Assembly (NCBI RefSeq): GCF_006345805.1
Contig: NW_021827074.1
Location: 1-12,239, forward strand
Direction of reading: 5' to 3'
Length of the DNA: 12,239 bases
Source of the DNA: Octopus sinensis
Taxonomy: Eukaryota
Below the pieces are notes generated by a model. That model did no database searches, had not been told where the DNA came from, and saw nothing but the letters and a program-made list of their open reading frames with translations. Position 1 is the stretch's first letter. Every line of letters starts with the position of its first letter. The position numbers and the translations under genes are program-made. Shown here in pieces: positions 1-7,700 of the stretch.

Positions 1-655
1 CTGTCTGCTTCTATTTGTTTTGTTACTAAACCCACTATCATTTCTTTTAGAAAAATTCCGTAGTTAAGTGCTAAGGTCTTTCACACAGTAAGAAACCCGA
101 ATGTAACAAACTTGTGGTTTGTTTCCGACCGATGTTAAGTTCTATATTAAAAGCGTATCTATAATGTTGAGAAACGACTGGTTTTTAATATGAATATTTT
201 CTGCTGTTTTTGAAGTAGAATTTGACCAATGGAATTGTTGGTTTTTGATAGGTGAACGTGGGAAAATTAGTTCCGCTGAAGAAACCATTAACATCAAAAG
301 TCTCTCTATTTCTGTTTCTGTTTCTCTGCGTTATTCTGCAGAACAAAAGCTCCGGATGTTTTCGGTTTGAACGACAGTTTTTTAAAATAATTTCCACGTA
401 ACTAAACACTTTTAAACTTCGTATACTGGTAGAATGTGTTTATAAAACATCTTTTTCTCTGGGCTTTATTGAGAAAATTCTATAGTTTGTAAGATATTTG
501 TTGTTTTTATTTTCTTCCATTTCTGCGATTTCAACCAATCAATGACGTCTATTGAGGTGAAAACATTCTGTACCGTATGAATATGTTCCTCGTTTAAGAA
601 ACAGATTGGGTTTATTTACATTTATGCAGAAAAAAAAAAGATACCTTCCCCCCAC

Positions 656-689
656 CCCTAACCCTTACCCTAACTAACCCTAACCCTAA
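656..689 (+). repeat. Short degenerate telomere-like (CCCTAA)n tract, interstitial
   Basis: CCCTAA-CCCTTA-CCCTAA-CTAA-CCCTAA-CCCTAA read directly, embedded in non-telomeric sequence. Confidence 0.85.
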
Positions 690-718
690 AACAGATTGAA
701 ATGCAATAGATCGATACA

Positions 719-858
719 AACGTGCACACACACACGCGCACACGTACGCGCGCGCGCAGACACGTGCACACACACATACATGCTCGCGCGTGCACACACA
801 CGCACACATGCACACACACGCACCACGTGCACACACACACAAGCACACCTGCACACAC
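719..858. repeat. Compound (CA)n/(CACG/CGCA) microsatellite
   Basis: Alternating CA/CG tract; explains ORFs 612..854, 670..858 and 696..986. Confidence 0.9.
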
Positions 859-1009
859 GGCTATTTATTAATCGAACATGTCTAACTTACTTTTTCTCTC
901 TTGATACACTTAAAGGGAAATATGCCTGTACAAATATAAACAGAGAGGGAGATGGTGAGGGGAGGCAGAGAAGCAGAAAAGCATAACTAGAGAAATATTA
1001 AAACGGTTA

Positions 1010-1320
1010 ATGTCAAATAAATCAGCGTCGAATCATCAACGCCAAAACGGCTGTGTCAAATCAGTCAGCGTCGAATCATCAACGCCAAAACGGCTGTGTC
1101 AAATCAGTCAGCGTCGAATCATCAACGCCAAAACGGCTGTGTCAAATCAGTCAGCGTCGAATCATCAACGCCAAAACGGCTGTGTCAAATCAGTCAGCGT
1201 CGAATCATCAACGCCAAAACGGCTGTGTCAAATCAGTCAGCGTCGAATAACCAACGCCAAAAACGGCTGTCAAATCAGTCAGCGTCGAATCATCAACGCC
1301 AAAACGGCTGTGTCAAATCA
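1010..1320. repeat. 43-bp minisatellite, 7 units plus a partial unit
   Basis: Unit TCAGCGTCGAATCATCAACGCCAAAACGGCTGTGTCAAATCAG starts at 1022, 1065, 1108, 1151, 1194, 1237 (42-bp variant) and 1279. ORF starts 1010/1053/1096 show the same period. Confidence 0.97.
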
Positions 1321-1504
1321 ACTCACACATCTGATAGTTAGCAAAAAATATTACAGCACATTTATAAAATATATGAAGCATTCTTCCCAAAAAACAATAT
1401 TTCACATTTTGCAGTACCTGTATCACGTGGTATATATGTGGTTTCTTTGGTTTGTTTGTTCGCAAACAACACTTATGTTAGTGCTGTCGACAACGCCGGA
1501 TTGA

Positions 1505-1560
1505 ATGGTACTGCCCAGTGTCGAAACCATAATGATATTCGTGGGGCAGCTGACGAAGGA
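1505..1560 (+). ncRNA. Candidate non-circularly permuted hammerhead ribozyme motif (S3-S2-S1)
   Basis: ATGGT-A-CTGCCC (1505-1516), GAAA-CCAT (1523-1530), GGGCAG-CTGACGA (1544-1556). Stem I is 6 bp and stem III 5 bp, both in the correct register. Stem II is poor. Confidence 0.45.
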
Positions 1561-1610
1561 GGTATGTTGGATTGTTGGTATGGCTGTGGAATAATATTGT
1601 AACACATCTT

Positions 1611-1656
<46 letters not shown>

Positions 1657-1660
1657 ATAT

Positions 1661-1712
1661 ATATTAATCAGCCGAAATTACTACGATGATCCGGTTCTTG
1701 ACTGAAGACTGA
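1661..1712 (+). ncRNA. Second candidate permuted hammerhead motif, 5' side eroded into (TA)n
   Basis: AT-A-TTAA (1661-1667), TCAG-CC-GAAA (1668-1677), TTGA-CTGAAGA-CTGA (1698-1712). Spacing matches the 1505 motif. Confidence 0.3.
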
Positions 1713-1856
1713 GGGGTTCGAATGTCCTGTCCATGTTTATTGTATCGTCTTCTAAGAGTTATACGTTCTTGTCCATGTTGTATTTTTCTACATACCTTAA
1801 TATATATATATATATATATTACACACACACTTTATTTAAAGCAGCAGAAAATTCAA

Positions 1857-1906
1857 CAAAACCTGTTACTCTGAGTTTCCCGTTGCCGTTCATCAGACAG
1901 TTTTTG
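1857..1906 (-). ncRNA. Minimal type I hammerhead ribozyme (intact CUGAUGA core)
   Basis: Minus strand reads CAAAAACTGT-CTGATGA-ACG-GCAA-CGG-GAAA-CTCAGAG-TA-ACAGGTTTTG. Stem I 9/10 bp, stem II closed by a GNRA loop, near-palindromic stem III (ACTC-A-GAGT). Confidence 0.8.
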
Positions 1907-1937
1907 CTAGAAATAGTTTAATAAAACTATTTTCTAG

Positions 1938-1987
1938 CAAAAGCTGTCCGATGAACGGGAACGAGAAACTCAGAGTAACAGGTTTTG
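1938..1987 (+). ncRNA. Minimal type I hammerhead ribozyme, core-mutated (CCGAUGA, U4C)
   Basis: CAAAAGCTGT-CCGATGA-ACG-GGAA-CGA-GAAA-CTCAGAG-TA-ACAGGTTTTG; putative cleavage after A1977. Confidence 0.7.
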
Positions 1988-2084
1988 TTGAATTTTCTGC
2001 TGCTTTAAATAAAGCATATTACTCTACCACTGGTATTTGAGTACACTCTTTTTCCGCCTTGTTTCACATTTATGTGTTTACTCC

Positions 2085-2129
<45 letters not shown>

Positions 2130-2160
2130 ATATATCATACATATACATATACACACACAC

Positions 2161-2472
2161 CTGGAACTCTCCATAGAGGGAATCGCAGGGGTTTTGCAGG
2201 ATGTTTATTTTGCAAAGCTATAACTGGGCTTGGAGTTATCGGCACAGCAAGGAGGAAGGCCATAAACTCCATTGCTAAATTTGCAGAGAGCCACTGGGTG
2301 GCTTTAGATAGAGGGTAGAGTGGTGGTTTGTTGCTAATGAGGCGCAAACTGGGAATTGATTAACCCTGGCTGAGCCAACTAGGTGAGAGAGCGGGGCCTG
2401 ATGTTAAAAGACCCGGGATCTCAGAAGCATCAATGACAATACATCCCAGAGCATTCATGTGGTGTGTCTTGG
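2161..2472 (+). mobile_element. 5'-truncated 3' end of a restriction-like-endonuclease non-LTR retrotransposon (HERO-like, R2 group)
   Basis: ORF 2037..2318 ends RGFAGCLFCKAITGLGVIGTARRKAINSIAKFAE, followed by frameshifted W-L-*-I. This resembles the recalled PxEVGCRGFAGxS..A...LG..G..RR.AI...AE.A.RWLW.KR C-terminus. A UTR-like tail follows. Clade call is from recall, not a search. Confidence 0.6.
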
Positions 2473-2612
2473 AGCCAAAATAAAAATCATGATGGAAACA
2501 GGTAGAAGATTCCAAGATTACACACATACAATGATTTCCCAGAAGAAAGGAAAATCGCATAGGTGTATAATATTAGGCGGATCTTCGTCGATTTCGAAGA
2601 TGACTCTTTTGT

Positions 2613-2725
2613 CCTTTTACTGGTTTCATTTATTGGACTGCGGTTATGTTGGGGAACCTTCTAGAACGGATTTTGTATGGGTCTCCTTTGCTGAACCACT
2701 GAATTACGGGAACCTAAACACACCA
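2613..2725 (-). mobile_element. Diverged, internally deleted SINE 3' part
   Basis: CTTTTACTGGTTTCATTTATTGGACTGCGGTTATGTTGGGG and TCTCCTTTGCTGAACCACTGAATTACGGGAACCTAAACACACC align to the SINE at 11403-11600. Confidence 0.75.
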
Positions 2726-2742
2726 ACTCCAAAATAAGAGTC

Positions 2743-2781
2743 GGAGGGGTCCGATGGATGGCGAATGGTTGAGAAACACTG
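2743..2781. mobile_element. Possible orphan hAT (Charlie-like) MITE terminus
   Basis: GGGGTCC...GGTTGAGAAACACTG (reverse complement CAGTGTTTCTCAACC) resembles typical hAT-Charlie termini. No partner TIR seen in the window. Confidence 0.35.
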
Positions 2782-2921
2782 GTCTGTATCATAAATAGTT
2801 GCCTAACTGTGTCAGTACGGTCTTACCTACGTTTGGGTCATCGATGTAGGGGCTACAATTTCAACTAATTCAAGGTGGTCCAGAAGATAAATATGTGTGT
2901 ATGTATGCATATATATATATA

Positions 2922-2963
<42 letters not shown>

Positions 2964-2964
<1 letters not shown>

Positions 2965-3014
2965 GTGCCCCAGCATGGCCACAGCTCATGAGCTGAAACT
3001 AAAATCAATCAATC
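2964..3014 (+). mobile_element. SINE/LINE 3'-tail fragment
   Basis: GGTGCCCCAGCATGGCCACAGCTCATGAGCTGAAACTAAAATCAATCAATCA matches the SINE tail GGTGCTCCAGCATGGCCGCAGTCAAATGACTGAAAC seen elsewhere in the window. Confidence 0.75.
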
Positions 3015-3166
3015 ATACACACACACACACAGTGATTCTATATGTTTTGTATGTCTGCACCAATATACACACTTGTGCGTGTACGTATATATGTATGGAG
3101 GTAAACATGTATACACACACACACGCATAATTATTCAAACACTGCAATTTATGAGGATTTTAATAT

Positions 3167-3212
<46 letters not shown>

Positions 3213-3530
3213 AACGACTTTAAGATGTGGAGAGAGAAGCACAAACGTAAGAATGCACACACGTGTGTGTGTGTGTATGAATATGTATGTGTGTGTGTAT
3301 TATATGCATCGGGGTCATTTGCTTTTAGAGTACAATAATCTTTAACGGTGTGCGTATGTATACGCATGCTCAACTCCCCTCTCCCGCCCCCGCACAAGCT
3401 AGTTTGATCCTACATTTGTGAATAGTGAAGTGGGGGTGCGTGAAGCTATGCATGAGTTTGTGTTGTACACCCGAATAACTCGGAGGTTGTTCACCTTGGC
3501 TAGTTTTGTCTTAACCGCACATACACTTGT

Positions 3531-3533
3531 GTG

Positions 3534-3596
<63 letters not shown>

Positions 3597-3621
3597 ATAC
3601 GTGTGTGTGTATATGCGTGTG

Positions 3622-3652
<31 letters not shown>

Positions 3653-3710
3653 ATGTATGTGTGTGTGTATATGTGTGTGTGTGTATATATATGTGTATGT
3701 ATATATATAT

Positions 3711-3743
<33 letters not shown>

Positions 3744-4012
3744 GTGTATGTGTGTGTGTATGTCTCTGTGTGTATGTGTGTATGTCTGTATGTATGTGAG
3801 TGTGTATGTGTATATGTCTGTATATATGTGTATATGTCTGTATATATTTATGTGTGTGTGTATGTGTATATGTCTGTATATATGTGTGTGTGTGTATGTG
3901 TATGTCTGTATATATATATATGTGTGTATGTGTATATGTCTGTTTATATATATGTGTGTGTATATGTCTGTATATATATGTGTGTATGTATGTATGTATG
4001 TGTGTGTATATG

Positions 4013-4048
<36 letters not shown>

Positions 4049-4160
4049 TAAATTATATATATAATATATATATATAAGTGTATGTGCATGTATGTGTGTG
4101 TGTGTGTGTGTGGTGTATGTATGTATGTATGTATAAGTGTGCACGTATGTGTGTGTGTGC
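3531..4160. repeat. ~630-bp compound (TA)n/(TG)n microsatellite block with recurring TATGTCTGTAT sub-motif
   Basis: Read directly; source of the many Y/I/C/V and H/T ORFs. Confidence 0.95.
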
Positions 4161-4423
4161 ATGAATGAAAGTGTGTGACTGCGCCTATTTGAACATGAAA
4201 CACGCCCGGAAGTCAACGTAAATCCCTGGGGACAATACCCGACCGACGAAAGTATCCGATGTAATTACATAACACACATACTCACAAACACACATCTGTG
4301 TGTGTGTGTGTGTGTGTATGTGTGTGTGTGTGAGGACTTTATCAATGTCTATAATTCGTACTTTCTCCATTTTTGTTGACGCTGTAAATCGTATTACGTT
4401 ACAGACATCTGTACATTATACTA

Positions 4424-5664
4424 CAGGGGTTGGACAAGATAATGGAAACCCCTTAAAATTTCAAACAAATTTATTTTAATAAGGGGTAGGCCCACTTTTG
4501 GCAGTAATTACAGCTTGAATTCTATGAGTTATGGGCTTGTACAAAGTTTCAATTGTTTCCAATGGAATTTTTGTCCATTCTTCAGCTAAAACAGTCTCCA
4601 GTTCTTGTAGTGATGATGGTGGAGGATATCGACTCCTTATTTGTTTTTTCTAAAATGCACCATAAATATTCAATAATATTGAGATTTCGGGACTGTGGTG
4701 GCCAGATAAGATGTTCAACTTCACTAGAATGTTCCTCGTGCCATTCAGTAACAACTTTAGCTGTGTGAGTTGGTGCATTATCATCCTGAAAGATTGCGCT
4801 TCCCTCTGGAAACAGTTCTGCAAACATAGGATGAATTTGATCAGATAGAATGCTTAAATAGTCTTGACTATTAATTCTGCTATGAAAGGAAACCATTGGG
4901 CCAGCGGATTTCCAAGATATAGCCCCCTCAAATCATCACAGATCCTTCTGCATGTTTAACAGTTGGAAGAAGGTAATCTGGGTCAAATGCTTCTTTTGGC
5001 TGTCTCCACACGTATACTTGGCCGATGGTCGGAAATAAGGTAAAGGATGACTCGTCCGAGAAAATAACATTCTTCCACTGCTCTAGGGACCAATTCCGTA
5101 GGTTTTTACTCCACTCTAAACGCTTTACAACGTTTGGTTTTGAAAGTAGTGGTTTTCTGATTGCAGTCCTCCCGAGAAATCCGGCTTTGTGCAGCTCCCG
5201 GCGAAAGTTTTGTGGAAACTGTGTTCTCGAGGTGGTCATTAAGCTCTGCAGTAATTTTGGGAGCTGTACTCTTGTGATCCTTTCTAACAATTCGTGAAAG
5301 AGTCCGACGGTCCCTATCAGAAAATTTTGGTCTTTTTCCGGAGTTTTGTTTCGACGAGGAGGTTTTTCCCTCTTTCTGAAAGGCTGTCATTACTTTCGAG
5401 ACAGTAACCTCTTGATACACCAAACATTTCGACTGTTTTCGTTATGCTAGCGCCTGCCATACGAGCACCAACAATTTGACCTCTTTGAAAGTCTGATAGA
5501 TCTGTCATTTTAATGAATTTTAATTTCCTTTCTCTGATGATATCTGAAAAGAAACAGCAAATTTAGCAAAACATATTAAGCAACAAGCTTTTGACGGTTT
5601 TATAGATATTTCAAAATTATGATGCTACGATGCTAGGTGTTTCCATTATTTTGTCCAAGCCATG
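4424..5664 (-). mobile_element. Full-length Tc1/mariner DNA transposon, DD36E (Incomer-like), 1241 bp
   Basis: TIRs 4424-4453 (CAGGGGTTGGACAAGATAATGGAAACCCCT) and 5635-5664 match at 26/30. TA target duplication at 4422-4423 and 5665-5666. Internal transposase pseudogene. Confidence 0.95.
4476..5508 (-). pseudogene. Tc1-family transposase, ~343 aa reconstructed, 4 frameshifts
   Basis: Joining ORFs 5317..5508, 5106..5423, 4928..5290, 4582..4896 and a final frame (QIRSRYPPPSSLQELETVLAEEWTKIPL...KSGPTPY*, stop 4476-4478) gives an HTH N-terminus, IFSDES (D at 5054-5056), FQDDNAP (D at 4780-4782) and LNIIEYLW (E at 4669-4671). Frameshifts near 5406, 5208, 4928 and 4646. AATAAA at 4470-4475 on the minus strand. 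Confidence 0.95.
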
Positions 5665-5931
5665 TATATCATTTAATATTATTGTTTAATGTATTTTATA
5701 CTATATTTAAAATATCTATATATGAATATATAACTATCTATCCTTTCCTTTTACTCTTTCTGTCTGCCTCTCCCTCTCTCGCTATGCACGCAACTGAGCA
5801 CATGGTTCAAATCAAGGCTGAGCAAATAGTGCTCGAATACCGAAGGTAGAGTCAAACTGTATTGTTCTGAATATTCACGATCGGTTACATGAAACTCTGG
5901 GGAACAGTTTGTGAAGTCTCTCGCGTCAATA

Positions 5932-5986
<55 letters not shown>

Positions 5987-5989
<3 letters not shown>

Positions 5990-6368
5990 ATATATAAACG
6001 GCAGTTTGTCTGTGCGTGTTTCTGTGTGTCTGTCAGGTTGTACCCTCACCCTGACCACGGCTTTCAACCGATTCTGATGAAACTTGACACACACATAGCC
6101 CAATGTCATAATTCAAAACTAACGCAGCCAAAATTTTGAAAAGTTCCCCCAGTTCTGAAAAAAATCGATAAATTCGACATGGGGTCGAAAATTAGAAACA
6201 TGAACCACAAACTGTCTAGGGGACGCAACTCCATCCTTTTTTAACTCCCAAAATAAAATTTACCATCATTTTTTTCCATTTTTTTGCTATTTTTTGGCTA
6301 TAACTCTCTAAAAATGCTTTATAGTTATTTCCCTTACAAACCTGAGCAACGCCGGGCGATACTGCTAG
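5987..6368 (+). mobile_element. Non-autonomous Helitron, 382 bp
   Basis: 5' A|TCTATATATAAA at 5987. 3' GC-rich imperfect hairpin CCTGAGCAACGCCGGG (6341-6356), then CTAG|T at 6365-6369. A-T insertion site and no TSD. Confidence 0.8.
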
Positions 6369-6455
6369 TATATAATAATATTAGGGAGTAAATCCAAACT
6401 TACAGGGAAAAATTAGATTTAGGATTAAATCTAATTTTACAGTACAAATATATAT

Positions 6456-6839
6456 ATTAAATTAGAGATAAAAACCACTATTAGGCAAATCAAACAGTGA
6501 AAAACATAAACCAAAACATAGAAATAAAATTGATTAATATAATATACAAAATATATAAAATATGATTTTCAAAATTTAAATTATTTAAAGTTAAAATTTT
6601 AAAAATATATATAATAAAAAAAATAAAAAAAATTAAAATAAAAATAATAATAAAAAAATATATATATATAAAAATTTATATGTATAAATTAATAATTAAA
6701 AATTTTAAAAAAATTTTAAATAATTTTGAATTTTATATTTTATATATTTTGTATATTATATTAATTAATTTATTTCTATGTTTTGGTTTATGTTTTTCAC
6801 TGTTTGATTGCCTAATAGTGGTTGTATCTCTAATTTAAT
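6456..6839. repeat. Long AT-rich inverted repeat, ~120-bp arms with ~145-bp almost pure A/T spacer
   Basis: 6456-6576 (ATTAAATTAGAGATAAAAACCACTATTAGGCAAATCAAACAGTG...) is the near-perfect reverse complement of 6722-6839. Confidence 0.9.
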
Positions 6840-6841
6840 TC

Positions 6842-6873
<32 letters not shown>

Positions 6874-6883
6874 TATATATAAT

Positions 6884-7207
6884 AGACCAAGAACAAGATG
6901 GTTGGATAATATCTATAGTCTGTGTTGGTCATGCTTGGTAATCCAGCCAGAAAGCGTAATGACAGTTGCGTCTGATAGGACTCGGTGGAGGGGTTACTTG
7001 AGGACTCTGCTCTAACAATGGGTTGGGGCCCAGGAGTAGACTAAGAATGAGATGGTCGGATGATATCCATGATCTCTGTTAGTCATGCTTGTGAATCCAA
7101 AAGAAAAGAGTATTGGCTGTTGCTTCTCATAGGATTCTATGGAGGAGGTGTTTGAGGGCTCTACCCCCCACCACAGGTAGGAAACCAAGGGGTTAGGCCA
7201 AGAACAA
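6884..7207 (+). mobile_element. RTE-clade LINE ORF2 C-terminal remnants, ~2.1 tandem diverged units
   Basis: 6884: RPRTRWLDNIYSLCWSCLVIQPESVMTVASDRTRWRGYLRTLL*. 7038: RLRMRWSDDIHDLC*SCL*IQ. 7195: RPRT. These match the GRPxxRWxD...A.DR..WR motif of RTE C-termini. Confidence 0.75.
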
Positions 7208-7700
7208 CCTCGACGCCCCCCCACCACCACCGTCACCACAACCTCGACGCCCCCCACTACCACCATCACCACAATCTCGACGCCCACGCCATCATCACCG
7301 CAACCTCGACACCACCACCACCACCATCAACACAACCTCGACGCCCCCACTACCACTATCACCCCAACTTCGACACCACCACCACCATCACCGCAACCTC
7401 GACGCCTCCACTAACACCATCACCACAACTTCGACTCCCCCACCACCTCAATTACCCCAACTTCGACACCACTACCACCATCACCGCAACCTCGACGCCC
7501 CCCACTACCACCATCACCGCAACCTCGACGCCCCCCACTAACACCATCACCGCAACCTCGATTCCCCCACTAACACCATTACCACAAACTCGATGCCCGC
7601 CCCCCCCCCTCCACCACCACCACCACCACCGTCGTCACAACCTCGATCACCACCATCGCCACCATCATCCCAACCTCGCTCCCCACCCCCATCACCGCAA
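7205..7700. repeat. C-rich ~29-33-bp degenerate minisatellite, ~15 units
   Basis: Consensus CAACCTCGACGCCCCCCACTACCACCATCACCG recurs; unit length varies. Confidence 0.9.

Larger units (their letters stand above)
1830..2088 (+). mobile_element. Probable Penelope-like element terminal-repeat fragment with an inverted partial copy (185-bp palindrome 1830-2014)
   Basis: Arms 1830-1919 and 1924-2014 are reverse complements (4 mismatches, 1 indel, 4-nt loop). Each arm carries a minimal hammerhead. Non-microsatellite sequence continues past the right arm to ~2088. Minimal hammerheads and inverted partial repeats are known PLE features. Confidence 0.7.

Noticed and set aside
185-409. 74-aa minus-strand ORF
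   Set aside because: Non-ATG start, no recognisable motif, and length within chance expectation.
1010-1504. 43-bp repeats as a CRISPR array, or the 164-aa ORF as a repeat protein
   Set aside because: No unique spacers, eukaryotic context, and 43 is not a multiple of 3, so the ORFs cycle through all three frames.
3418-4216. Long ORFs up to 230 aa
   Set aside because: Pure translations of (TA)/(TG) microsatellites, which lack stop codons.
4180-4260. Promoter-like motifs (CCGGAAGT ETS-type site; also CCAAT/TGACGT at ~535-548)
   Set aside because: Short motifs expected by chance, with no associated gene or TSS evidence.
4476-5508. Transposase actually intact, with frameshifts being sequencing errors
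   Set aside because: There are no nonsense substitutions and some indels are in homopolymers. However, the TIRs differ at 4/30 and the conserved SPD reads SRN, which favours real decay. Raw reads would settle it.
6075-6085. CTGATGAAAC as a hammerhead core
   Set aside because: No room for stem II and no stem I or III partners; it lies in the Helitron interior.
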